Source of the DNA: a bacterium | GTDB taxonomy: Bacteria > Planctomycetota > B15-G4 | Direction: 5' to 3' | DNA length: 64,000 bases | Assembly (NCBI GenBank): GCA_030428785.1 | Contig: JAUIEF010000006.1 | Coordinates: 7,832 to 71,831, forward strand | In this document: positions 28,296-37,344 of the stretch, one piece after another | How the letters are laid out: each line of letters opens with the position of its first letter | Position numbering within the stretch: position 1 is the stretch's first letter | Program-made: the position numbers and the translations under genes | Notes under the pieces: model-generated | Told to the model about the DNA's origin: nothing | Database searches by the model: none | Seen by the model: the letters and a program-made list of their open reading frames with translations, nothing else

Positions 28296-29447
28296 ATGCA
28301 CGCCCCTACGCGCACCGTCCTCTTCACGACCACCTTCCTGCTCGTCCTGCTCTGGGCGTTCGGCGACCTCGCCGCGCAGTCCGCGGGCACGACGCCGCCG
28401 CCCGGCGCGCCGGGCGCGGCTCCCGCCGGTCCGTCGACGCCCGGACCCGGCTCGTCCACGGGCAGCCGGCTCCGCTTCCCCGGCCTCGGCGGGCTCTTCG
28501 GTCTGCGCCCCGAGGGCCCGGGCGCGGACGACCCGGGCTCCTGGGTCACGCTGAACGTCATGCCGAAGTCGCTCGGCGAGGTCGTGTGCGGCGTGCTCGA
28601 CGACGTGCTCTACGTCGTCGGCGAGGGCTCGGGCACGACGTACACCTACGACCTCGCGACGGGCGTCTGGACGCAGGGCGTCGCCGCGCCGCGACCGTTC
28701 GCGGGCAACCACCACGGCGGCGAGGTCGTCGACGGCCGGTGGTACGTGATCGGCGGCTTCGACGACGGCGCCGAGGGGCGCGTGCAGATCTACGACCCCG
28801 TGACGAACCAGTGGACGCTGGGCGCCGACATGCCGTGGAACGGCGGCTCGGTGAACTCGGCGCTCATCGGCGGGAAGATCTACGTCTGCGGCGGCGTGAA
28901 GGACGACCTCTTCACGACCGACGAGTGCGCGGTGTACGACCCGGTGGCGGACACCTGGACGATGCTCGCGCCGATGATCGACGGCCGGAACCACGCGGCG
29001 TCCGCCACGGACGGCAACCGGCTGTGGGTGTTCGGCGGGCGCGGGCCGGGCAGCGGCGACACGAACATGGTCGCGAACGGCTTCGCGGACGTGCAGGTCT
29101 ACGACCCGCTCACGGACACCTGGGAGTCGAGCGAGCTCCCGGCCTCGCCGCTCGCGCCGCTCCCCATCGGGCGCGGCGGCACGGGCAAGGCCGTGTGGCA
29201 CGCGGGCGAGTTCTACGTCTTCGGCGGCGAGACGCTCAACGGCCCCGGCGCCGTGACGGGCAACGTCTACGACCGGGTCGACATCTACGATCCGGTCACG
29301 AACGACTGGCGGCTGGGCGCCCCGCTGCCCACGCCGCGGCACGGCTTCTTCCCGGTGAAGCGGCACGGCGCCGTGTACGTCGTCGCCGGCGGTCAGGTCG
29401 CCGGCGGCAGCAAGTCGAGCAAGGCGGAGCTCTACCTCCTGCCGTGA
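28296..29447 (+). CDS. Secreted Kelch-repeat protein, paralog of the C-terminus of the upstream gene
   Basis: Signal peptide, Pro/Gly linker and six Kelch-like repeats collinear with ~27340-28261. Confidence 0.88.
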   Translation: MHAPTRTVLFTTTFLLVLLWAFGDLAAQSAGTTPPPGAPGAAPAGPSTPGPGSSTGSRLRFPGLGGLFGLRPEGPGADDPGSWVTLNVMPKSLGEVVCGVLDDVLYVVGEGSGTTYTYDLATGVWTQGVAAPRPFAGNHHGGEVVDGRWYVIGGFDDGAEGRVQIYDPVTNQWTLGADMPWNGGSVNSALIGGKIYVCGGVKDDLFTTDECAVYDPVADTWTMLAPMIDGRNHAASATDGNRLWVFGGRGPGSGDTNMVANGFADVQVYDPLTDTWESSELPASPLAPLPIGRGGTGKAVWHAGEFYVFGGETLNGPGAVTGNVYDRVDIYDPVTNDWRLGAPLPTPRHGFFPVKRHGAVYVVAGGQVAGGSKSSKAELYLLP

Positions 29448-29487
29448 CCCCGGCCTCCCGGACGCCGCGGGCGTCGCGCCGCGCCGT

Positions 29488-32400
29488 TCAGTGGTAGTCG
29501 TGGCTGTGGAGGCCGTCGAGGTTCGGGCGGCCGTCGAGCGCGAGCAGGCGCGTCGCGCGGACGTTCACGACGCCGTCGGCGCGCTCGACGCGGCCCTCGG
29601 CGAGCACGAGGCACGCGCGCAGGCCGTCGCGGTGCGCCTCGGCGACGGCGGGCGTGACGACGAGGTTCGCGAAGCCCGTCTCGTCCTCGAGGGTCACGAA
29701 GGTCAGGCCGCCCGCGGTGGGCGGCCGTTGACGGCACACGACCATGCCGGCGACGCGCGTCGCGGCGGGGGCGCCGGGGCCGGCGAGCTCGGCGGCGCGC
29801 CGGGTCCCCACCGCGTCGAGCTGCGCGCGCAGGAGCTCCACCGGGTGGCGGCCGACGGTCGCGCCGCCCAGGCGGTAGTCCTCGTGGAGCGCCTCGACCT
29901 CGGAGAGCGACGGGAGCGCGACGGGCGCCTCGGGCGGCAGCGGCTCGGCGAGCGGACCCGGGACGCGGCGCGCCATCCGGGCGACGCGCCACAGGGCCTC
30001 GCGGCGGCGGAGCGCGAAGCCGCGGAGGGCGCCGAGGCGCGCGAGGTGCTCCATCTGCGGGCGGCCGAGCCGGGCGCGGCGCGCGAAGTCCTCGGGGTCG
30101 GTGAAGGGGCCCTGCGCGAGCTGCGAGGCGAGCGCGGCGCGCACGCCCTCCTCGACGGCCTCGCCGAAGCCGCGCACGGTGCCGAGCCCGAGCCGGACCC
30201 CGAGGGCGGGGAGACGGGCGCGGTCGTCCCGCGCGGCGGACGCCGTTCCCCCGCGCGACGTCGGACGCCCCGACGCGGGGGCGTCCCGTGACGCCCCGTC
30301 GTCCCCGGTCTCCACCCACTGGAGCGTGCTCTCCCAGCCGCTCTGCAGGACGTCGACGGGCGCGACGACGACGCCGTGTCGGCGTGCGTCGGAGACGAGC
30401 ACCGCCGGCGGGTAGAAGCCCATGGGCTGCGCGTTGAGCAGCGCGCAGAGGAAGTGCGCGGGGTGGTGGCGCTTGAGCCAGGCGGAGACCCACACGAGCC
30501 GCGCGAAGGACGCGGCGTGCGACTCGGGGAAGCCGTAGTCGGCGAAGGCGGAGAGCTGGTGGAGGATGCGGTCGGCGGACGCGCGGTCGATGCCGTTGCG
30601 CACCATGCCCGCGACGAGGCGTTCGGAGAGCGCGGCCATGCGCGCGTGGCTGCGCTTGTGTCCCATGGCGCGGCGCAGCTCGTCGGCCTCGCCGGGGGTG
30701 AAGCCGGCGGCCTGCACCGCGATCTTCATGCCCTGCTCCTGGAAGAGCGGGATGCCGAGCGTGCGGCGCAGCATGGGCTCGAGGCTCGGGTGCGGGTACT
30801 CGACGGGCTCGCGTCCGGCGCGGCGGCGCAGGTACGGGTGGACCATGTCGCCCTGGATGGGGCCGGGGCGGATGAGCGCGACCTCGACGACGAGGTCGTA
30901 GAAGGTGCGCGGCCGGAGGCGCGGCAGGCAGTTCATCTGCGCGCGCGACTCGACCTGGAACACCCCCACCGTGTCCGCCTCGCAGAGCATGTCCCAGGTC
31001 GCCGCGTCGTCGGCGGGCACGGAGTGCAGCTCGTAGCCCTCGAGGCAGGTCGTCGGCTCGGACACGTACGACGCCCCGCGACGCGCGGCGCCGAGGTCCG
31101 ACGCGGCGCCGGGACCGGTCGCGGTCTCGGCCGCGGTTCCGGATGCGGCTCCGGATGCGGCTCCGGATGCGGTTCCGGATGCGGTTCCGGATGCGGCGGC
31201 GGTCGCGGAGACCGCCCCCACCCCCTCGCGCAGCGAGCGCAGGCAGCGGTCGATGACCGTGAGCATGCCGAGGCCGAGCAGGTCGATCTTGATGATGCCC
31301 AGGTTCGCGAGGTCGTCCTTGTCCCAGGGCACGACGGTGCGGCCCTCCATCGCGGCGGGTTCGACGGGCATGGTGTCCGTGAGCGGCGCGCCGGTGATGA
31401 CCATGCCGCCGACGTGGATGGACAGGTGGCGCGGGAGGCCCTGCATGTCGCGGACGAGCCCGAGCAGCAGCGGGATGCGGCGGTCGTCGGCGTGCGCGGC
31501 CCAGCCCTCGGGCACGGCGTCGTCGTTGTCGAAGCGTCGGTCGACGCCCTTGGCGAGCGCGTCGACCTCGGCCGTCGTGAAGCCGAGCGCCTTGGCGGCG
31601 TCGCGCACGGCGGAGCGCACGCGGTAGGTGATGGCCTCGGCGGCGAGCGCCGCGTGGTCGCGGCCGTAGCGCGTGTACACGTACTGGAGGACGCGCTCGC
31701 GGTCCTGGTGCGCGATGTCGAGGTCGATGTCGGGGATCTCGCCGCGCTCCTCGGAGAGGAAGCGTTCGAAGAGCAGCTCCATGCCGACGGGGTCGACGGA
31801 CGTGATGCCGAGCGCGTAGCACACGGCGGAGTTCGCGGCGGACCCGCGTCCCTGGCAGAGGATGCCCTCGCGACCGCAGAACGCGACGATGTCCTGCACG
31901 ACGAGGAAGTACCCGGCGAGGTCGAGCTTCTCGATGAGGTCGAGCTCCTTCGCGAGCTGTCGCGCGACGGCGGGCGTCATGGGCCGGTAGCGTCGGCGCG
32001 CGCCGGCCTGGACGAGCTCGTGGAGCGTGCTGAACATCGTCTCGCCGTCGGACACCGGGTACGGCGGGAAGCGGTACGCGAGGTCGTCGAGGGACCAGCG
32101 GCAGCGGTCGGCGACCTCGACGGTGCGCGTCACGGCGTCGGGCAGGTGGCGGAAGAGGTGTTCGATGCGCGCGATCGGTCGCAGGCAGAACTCGGCGTTG
32201 GGGAGCAGGCGGGTGGCGGCGGCGTCGAGGGTCGTGCGGTGGCGGACGCAGGTGAGCACGTCGTGCAGGCGCTTGTCGGTGCGGCGGGCGAAGCGCGCGC
32301 CGCCGGTGACGAGCAGCGGGAGGTCGAGGCGGTCGGCGCGGCGTCGCTGGACCTCCTGGCCGCGGCGGTCGCGGCGGAGGAGGCGGTCGTGCACGGTGAG

Positions 32401-32877
32401 GAACACGCGCTCTCCGCCGGCGGCGTCGAGGAGCGACTCGACGGTGCGGTCGGGCAGGTGCGGCCCGGCGAGGACGAGGAGTCCGTCGCGCGGGCCGCAC
32501 GCGTCGCGCAGGCGTTCGAGGGGCGTGACGGGCGCGGTGCGGCTGCGATGGCGCGCGGCGGAGACGAGGCGGCAGAGGGAGCGCCAGCCGGCGTCGTCCT
32601 CGGCGAGGAGCACGACGCGGTCGTCGGCGGTGTCGGGCCGGCCGTCGGCGGTGCCGTCGGCGCGCGCGAGGGTGAGCGTCGTGCCGTGGACGGCGTGGAG
32701 CGGGGTGTCGCGGGTCGCGACGTGGAAGCGCGGGGCGCCGTAGAGGCCGTCGCGGTCGGTGAGGGCGAGGGCGTGGTAGCCGAGGTCGGCGGCCTGCGCG
32801 GCGAGGGTCTCGGGGTCGGAGGCGCCGCGCAGGAAGCTGAAGGCGGACTGGCAGGAGAGCTCGGCGTAGGGCGGCAT
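29488..32877 (-). CDS. dnaE2: Error-prone DNA polymerase DnaE2 (ImuC)
   Basis: YAELSCQSAFSFLRGAS PHP start; GRGSAANS; PDIDLD; KIDLLGLGML; YGFPESHAASF; OB fold RQRPPTAGG/TLEDETG; C-terminal SHDYH (SRDFH-like). Confidence 0.96.
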   Translation of the reverse strand: MPPYAELSCQSAFSFLRGASDPETLAAQAADLGYHALALTDRDGLYGAPRFHVATRDTPLHAVHGTTLTLARADGTADGRPDTADDRVVLLAEDDAGWRSLCRLVSAARHRSRTAPVTPLERLRDACGPRDGLLVLAGPHLPDRTVESLLDAAGGERVFLTVHDRLLRRDRRGQEVQRRRADRLDLPLLVTGGARFARRTDKRLHDVLTCVRHRTTLDAAATRLLPNAEFCLRPIARIEHLFRHLPDAVTRTVEVADRCRWSLDDLAYRFPPYPVSDGETMFSTLHELVQAGARRRYRPMTPAVARQLAKELDLIEKLDLAGYFLVVQDIVAFCGREGILCQGRGSAANSAVCYALGITSVDPVGMELLFERFLSEERGEIPDIDLDIAHQDRERVLQYVYTRYGRDHAALAAEAITYRVRSAVRDAAKALGFTTAEVDALAKGVDRRFDNDDAVPEGWAAHADDRRIPLLLGLVRDMQGLPRHLSIHVGGMVITGAPLTDTMPVEPAAMEGRTVVPWDKDDLANLGIIKIDLLGLGMLTVIDRCLRSLREGVGAVSATAAASGTASGTASGAASGAASGTAAETATGPGAASDLGAARRGASYVSEPTTCLEGYELHSVPADDAATWDMLCEADTVGVFQVESRAQMNCLPRLRPRTFYDLVVEVALIRPGPIQGDMVHPYLRRRAGREPVEYPHPSLEPMLRRTLGIPLFQEQGMKIAVQAAGFTPGEADELRRAMGHKRSHARMAALSERLVAGMVRNGIDRASADRILHQLSAFADYGFPESHAASFARLVWVSAWLKRHHPAHFLCALLNAQPMGFYPPAVLVSDARRHGVVVAPVDVLQSGWESTLQWVETGDDGASRDAPASGRPTSRGGTASAARDDRARLPALGVRLGLGTVRGFGEAVEEGVRAALASQLAQGPFTDPEDFARRARLGRPQMEHLARLGALRGFALRRREALWRVARMARRVPGPLAEPLPPEAPVALPSLSEVEALHEDYRLGGATVGRHPVELLRAQLDAVGTRRAAELAGPGAPAATRVAGMVVCRQRPPTAGGLTFVTLEDETGFANLVVTPAVAEAHRDGLRACLVLAEGRVERADGVVNVRATRLLALDGRPNLDGLHSHDYH
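31133..31192. repeat. Five 12-bp tandem repeats GCGG(T/C)TCCGGAT inside dnaE2
   Basis: Read directly; in frame, encoding ASGT/ASGA repeats. Confidence 0.9.
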
Positions 32878-32899
32878 CGTCGTGCGGCGGAGCCGCCCC

Positions 32900-34288
32900 C
32901 TAGTCGAACTCGCCGAGGAGGAGCCAGCGTCGGAGGCCGAGGTCGCGGCAGATGCGGAGGCGTCCGCCGTGTCGGGGTTGGAGGTCGTGTTCGTCGCGGG
33001 CCCAGGGTTCGGCCCACCAGCCGCCCTCGAGGCGTCGGGGTGGGGAGAGGTGTCCGAGGGGGAGCTCGCGTCGGCCGTGGCGGAAGCCGAGGAGGCGGCC
33101 GCCGGCGGAGACGGGGACGAGGAGCTCCGGCTGCGGGAGCAGGCGCAGGGCGGGGCCGGTCGCGGCGCGGGGCGGGACGTCGCCGGGCGGGCCGCGGCGG
33201 GACGGGGTCGTGCGTGTCGTGCGGCGGGTGTGCCCGTCTCCGTCCGGGGGAGGGCCCGCGGGGTCCGAGCGCCAGCGGTCCTCGAGGCGGTGGGCGGCGC
33301 GGGGTGTCGGGGACCCGACGGCGTGGGGTCCGAGGTGCTCGACGAGTCGGGAGAGGGCCTCGGTGCGGCGGGCGGGGTCGCGGGGGACGTCGCCGAAGAG
33401 GCGGCCCTGGTGGACGGAGACGGGGCCGGTGGCGTGGACCTCGAGCTGGAAGGCGGTGACGGGGCCGGGCGGCGGGCGGCGGGTCATGCGCAGGGCGAGG
33501 AGGTCGAGCCAGAGGGGGCCCCGGGTCTCGGGGGCGGCGGCGGAGACGTCCCAGGCGCTCGCGGTGTCGGGGGCCGGGCCGTCGGCGGCGACGTCCTCGG
33601 GTTCCTCGAGCGGTTCGAGCTCGACCTGCAGGCGCAGGGCGAGCGCGCCGAGGCCTTCCTCCTCGAGGGCCCGGCAGAGGACGGCGAGGGCGTCCTCGAG
33701 GGCGGGGCGCAGGCGGTCGAGGCGGTCGACGGGGTCGTCGAGTTCGCGCCAGACGGAGCGGCGGGCGCCGGGGCGTTCGGGGAGCAGGCCGCGTTCGTCC
33801 TCGCCGCGGGCGAGGCGCTGGAGGGCGACGCCCTCGGGGCCGTAGCGGCGGTCGACGGAGGCGACGGGCAGCGAGGCGAGGTCGCCGAGGGTCTCGAGGC
33901 CGAGGGGGCGCAGGCGGCGTTCGAGCTCGGCGCTCATGGGCAGGTGCCCGAGCGGCATCCGCGAGAGGAAGAGGGCCTCGTCGCCGGGGGCGACGGTCAC
34001 GGGGTGGCGGCTGGAGCGGGCGGCGATCTCGGCGGTGAAGCGGTTGCCGGCGAGGGCCATGCGGGGCGCGCCGGCCGTCTCGCCGCCGCCGCCCGTCCCG
34101 GCGAGGGCCGCGCGGATGGCGGCGAAGAGGCCGGCGACGCCGCCGTGGAGGCGGGAGGTGCCGCTCACGTCGAGCAGGACGATCTGTCCGCCGGCGGGGT
34201 CCTCGACGCGCTCGAGGAGCGGGGTCACGGCGAAGAGTCGCCGGGCGAGGGCCGGGTCGGCGCGGTCGAGGAGCACGCAGGCGAACAC
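32900..34288 (-). CDS. imuB: ImuB, inactive Y-family polymerase
   Basis: VLLDVSGTSRLHGG, LGLETLGDLASLP, C-terminal RLEGGWW; located between imuA and dnaE2. Confidence 0.88.
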   Translation of the reverse strand: MFACVLLDRADPALARRLFAVTPLLERVEDPAGGQIVLLDVSGTSRLHGGVAGLFAAIRAALAGTGGGGETAGAPRMALAGNRFTAEIAARSSRHPVTVAPGDEALFLSRMPLGHLPMSAELERRLRPLGLETLGDLASLPVASVDRRYGPEGVALQRLARGEDERGLLPERPGARRSVWRELDDPVDRLDRLRPALEDALAVLCRALEEEGLGALALRLQVELEPLEEPEDVAADGPAPDTASAWDVSAAAPETRGPLWLDLLALRMTRRPPPGPVTAFQLEVHATGPVSVHQGRLFGDVPRDPARRTEALSRLVEHLGPHAVGSPTPRAAHRLEDRWRSDPAGPPPDGDGHTRRTTRTTPSRRGPPGDVPPRAATGPALRLLPQPELLVPVSAGGRLLGFRHGRRELPLGHLSPPRRLEGGWWAEPWARDEHDLQPRHGGRLRICRDLGLRRWLLLGEFD

Positions 34289-34298
34289 GGGGGCCTCG

Positions 34299-35057
34299 TC
34301 AGGGTCCGGCGTCCGCGCTGCCGGTGGGCAGCAGGAGCGGGTCCGGGCGTTCGCCGAGCAGGCCGGCGGAGCGGTCGCGGCGGACGACGACCTCGAGGTC
34401 GGGGGCGGGCCACTCGCCCCAGGCGGGGACGTCGGCGGCGCGGAGGGTGACGTCGGCGAGCACGGAGCAGGCGGAGCCGGAGAGCAGGTGCGCGGGGCCG
34501 CCGCTCTCGGGGTGGAGCAGGAGCAGGGTCGTGTGGGCGCGGGCGGCGAGGCGGGCGAGGCGGAACCAGGCGGAGACGGGGCCGCGCCCCCCCGCCGGGA
34601 GGTCGAGGGCGACGAGCGCGTAGGCCCGGCTGCGGAGGAGGACGTCGGCGGCGAAGAGCGCGGGGCCCGGCGGGCGGCGGCGGGACGCGGTCGGGCCGCC
34701 GGTCCGCGGGGCGGGCGGTGTCGTCGCGGGGCGCGCCCCCGGGGAGGGTCCCGGGCTCTCCCCGGTCGGCGAGGCTCCCGGCGGCGGCCCCGGCTGGACG
34801 AGGGTGAGCCGGCCGGGGTCCACGGGAGCGGTCGCCGGGCAGAAGGTGCCGGCGCCGTCGACCCATGCGACCGGGAGGCCGGCGGCCTGGGCCGCGCGGA
34901 CGGCGCCCAGGGCGAGGCTCGTGCCGCCCTGTCCGCGGATCTCGACGAGCTTGCCGACGGGCCAGCCGCCGCCCAGGCGTTCGTCGAGGGCGGCCCAGCC
35001 GGACGGCAGGCGGCGCGCGGGGCGCGGGGAGTCGGCGGGTCCGGGGGCGTCGGCCAT
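34299..35057 (-). CDS. imuA: ImuA, RecA-like accessory protein
   Basis: LPSGWAALDERLGGGWPVGKLVEIRG, degenerate Walker A (GQGGTSLA), VAWVD. Confidence 0.85.
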   Translation of the reverse strand: MADAPGPADSPRPARRLPSGWAALDERLGGGWPVGKLVEIRGQGGTSLALGAVRAAQAAGLPVAWVDGAGTFCPATAPVDPGRLTLVQPGPPPGASPTGESPGPSPGARPATTPPAPRTGGPTASRRRPPGPALFAADVLLRSRAYALVALDLPAGGRGPVSAWFRLARLAARAHTTLLLLHPESGGPAHLLSGSACSVLADVTLRAADVPAWGEWPAPDLEVVVRRDRSAGLLGERPDPLLLPTGSADAGP

Positions 35058-35063
35058 GCTCCC

Positions 35064-35094
35064 TAACAAACACCGAACGTGCGGGGTCCGTCAA
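35064..35094 (-). promoter_or_regulatory. imuA promoter (TTGACG -35) with candidate operator GTTC-N7-GTTA
   Basis: Minus strand reads TTGACG GACCCCGCAC GTTCGGTGTTTGTTA GGGAGC ATG. Confidence 0.5.
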
Positions 35095-35126
35095 GCCCCC
35101 GCGTGGAGGAGTCCGGGCGCGGGGCG

Positions 35127-37325
35127 TCAGCGGCGGGCGAGGCGGAACCAGTCCACGGGGCTGCGGGCGCCCGGCACGCTCCGCCCGGGGGCCGGGCGGG
35201 CGACGAAGTAGTAGTAGAAGCGGGCCTGGCGCGAGAAGAAGCGCAGGCGCTCGAGCGGCAGGCGGACGTCGTCGGGGAAGGTCACGGGCGCGCCGGGCGT
35301 GACGCGGGTCGTGTAGCCGCGGTCGGGGCCGAGGACGACGAGGTGCAGCGAGAGGCCGTCGCGCGGGAGCTCCGGGGCGCGCAGCACGGAGGACTCCTCG
35401 CCCGGGACGAGGACCCGGTCGGCGAGCACCTGCGTCAGCGGGAGCACGTCGACGCGCGGCAGGGCGGACGCCGCGACGAGGCGGCTGCGCGGGTCGTCGA
35501 GCTCCACGCGGAAGCCCGCGAGCGGACCGAGGAAGGACGCCGAGGAGAACGCCCAGTCGCTCGAGAGGTCGACGACGAAGACGACGTGTCCGTCCTCGGC
35601 GTACGGGCCCTCGAAGCGGACGGGCTCCCCCACGATCTCGTCGCGGTCCGGAGGACGGACGACCCAGCGCAGGGTGCCGCCGCGCGCGGGCCCGAGCGTG
35701 ACGAGGCGCACTGCCTCGACGCCGCCCGGCGAGACGACGACGTCCGGCGGGAGCGCGAGCCGGCCGTCGTCCGCGGCGACGAGCGGGACGGGCGCGTCGG
35801 GTCGGCGCGCGGGTCGCAGGACGTCGAAGGTCTCGCGCGCGTTCGACCAGCCCACGACCTGCGCGCCGAGCTCGAGCAGCGCGCGGAGCGGGCCGGCGTC
35901 GTTCCAGAGCGGGACGGAGCGCGGCGTCCGGTAGAAGAGGAAGAGCAGCGAGACGAGGGCGTGATCGCGCGACGCGAGGGGGCGCTCGGCGAGCGCGAAG
36001 AGCGAGCTGGCGCGTACGGACGGGATGCCCGCGGCGGCGAGCGGCGCGCTGAGCACGGCGAGGGGCCGCTCGACGGCGGTCTGCTCGAGCGCGTCGGCGA
36101 GCTCGGTCCGCACGGCGTCCATGGAGGCGAAGCCGTCGAGGTACTCCCCCACGCGGGCGTGCCCGGTGACGGCGAGGGCCGCGCACCACGCGAGGAGCAC
36201 GGCGGGCAGCGCGCGGCGCAGGAGCGCGGGGCGCGTCGCGAGGCCGGAGGCGGCGAGGACGACGACGGCGGCGGCGCCGCCGTAGACGTAGCGGCTCCCC
36301 GCGAGGTGCGGCGACTGCGCGTAGGGCAGGCTCGGCAGGACGGCGAGCGCGCACCAGGCGAGGGCGAGCGCGGCGCGCGCGGGGCCGCGCCGCGTGAGGA
36401 GCGCGGCGACGAGCGCGACGGCGGGCGCGCCCGCGAGCACGACGACGACCCAGCCGGGCAGGCCCTCGGTGACGGGGGCCGCGGCGACGCCGAGCTTGTC
36501 GACCAGGTGGCGCGCGGCGTCGCCGGCGGAGAGCGCGGGCTGCTCGCCGCCGAGCCAGAACTCCCCCAGCGCGACGCGCCGCGCGCCCCAGTACGCGAGC
36601 CACACGGGCGCGAGCGCGAGGTGCGAGCGCCAGCGCGGACCGCCGCCGTGCACGGTGCCGAGCACGAGGTCCCAGAGGAGGAGCACCGCGGGCGTGACGA
36701 CGGCCTCCTCCTTGCTCGTGTAGGCGAGCGCGCAGGCGAGGCCGCAGAGGACGAGCGCGGGGCGCGAGCCGCGCAGTCGGTGGCGCGTGAAGGCCGCGAG
36801 CGCGACGAGCTGGAACGCGATGGCGAAGCTCGACGTGCGCGCGGCGAGCCAGCAGACGGGCTCGCTCGCCGCGGGGTGGAGCGCGAAGAGCAGGCCCCCC
36901 ATCGCCGCGGCCGTGACGCGTCCCCGGGGTCGCAGCGCGGCGGCGAGCAGCGCGCAGCACAGCGCGGCGAGCGCGTGGACGGCGAGGTTCGTCGCGTGGG
37001 AGAGCGTCGCGGACGGCCCGCCCGCGAGGGCGTACTCGACGCCGGCGCTCAGCGTGACGACGGGCCGGTAGAACATCCCGCGGTCGGTGGCCCAGGGGCG
37101 CGTGAAGTCCGCGAGGACCTTGTCCCAGTCCGTGGCGGGCGTGGCGTCCCAGTCGTCGACGAGGTTCGCGAGGTAGACGTCGTCCTCGAGCCAGGTCCCG
37201 TGCGTGACCGTGGGCAGGTAGAGCAGGACCGCCGCGAGCGGGCCGAGCAGGCACGCGAGGAGCAGGCGCGCGCCGCCCGGCGTCGCGTCGTCCGGCACGG
37301 GGTCGCGGGCGTCGGCGTCGTCCAT
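35127..37325 (-). CDS. GT-C fold membrane glycosyltransferase-like protein (TMTC/PMT-like)
   Basis: EDD loop after TM1, FYRPV, HATNLAVH, LFALHPAASEPVCWLAAR, SKEEAV; multiple TM segments plus a soluble C-terminus. Confidence 0.75.
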   Translation of the reverse strand: MDDADARDPVPDDATPGGARLLLACLLGPLAAVLLYLPTVTHGTWLEDDVYLANLVDDWDATPATDWDKVLADFTRPWATDRGMFYRPVVTLSAGVEYALAGGPSATLSHATNLAVHALAALCCALLAAALRPRGRVTAAAMGGLLFALHPAASEPVCWLAARTSSFAIAFQLVALAAFTRHRLRGSRPALVLCGLACALAYTSKEEAVVTPAVLLLWDLVLGTVHGGGPRWRSHLALAPVWLAYWGARRVALGEFWLGGEQPALSAGDAARHLVDKLGVAAAPVTEGLPGWVVVVLAGAPAVALVAALLTRRGPARAALALAWCALAVLPSLPYAQSPHLAGSRYVYGGAAAVVVLAASGLATRPALLRRALPAVLLAWCAALAVTGHARVGEYLDGFASMDAVRTELADALEQTAVERPLAVLSAPLAAAGIPSVRASSLFALAERPLASRDHALVSLLFLFYRTPRSVPLWNDAGPLRALLELGAQVVGWSNARETFDVLRPARRPDAPVPLVAADDGRLALPPDVVVSPGGVEAVRLVTLGPARGGTLRWVVRPPDRDEIVGEPVRFEGPYAEDGHVVFVVDLSSDWAFSSASFLGPLAGFRVELDDPRSRLVAASALPRVDVLPLTQVLADRVLVPGEESSVLRAPELPRDGLSLHLVVLGPDRGYTTRVTPGAPVTFPDDVRLPLERLRFFSRQARFYYYFVARPAPGRSVPGARSPVDWFRLARR

Positions 37326-37344
37326 GCGTGCGCGCGGGCCGGGC

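Noticed and set aside
31060-31230. Intein or CRISPR-like array in dnaE2
   Set aside because: No C/S...HN-C/S/T splice motifs, too short, and the repeats have no spacers.
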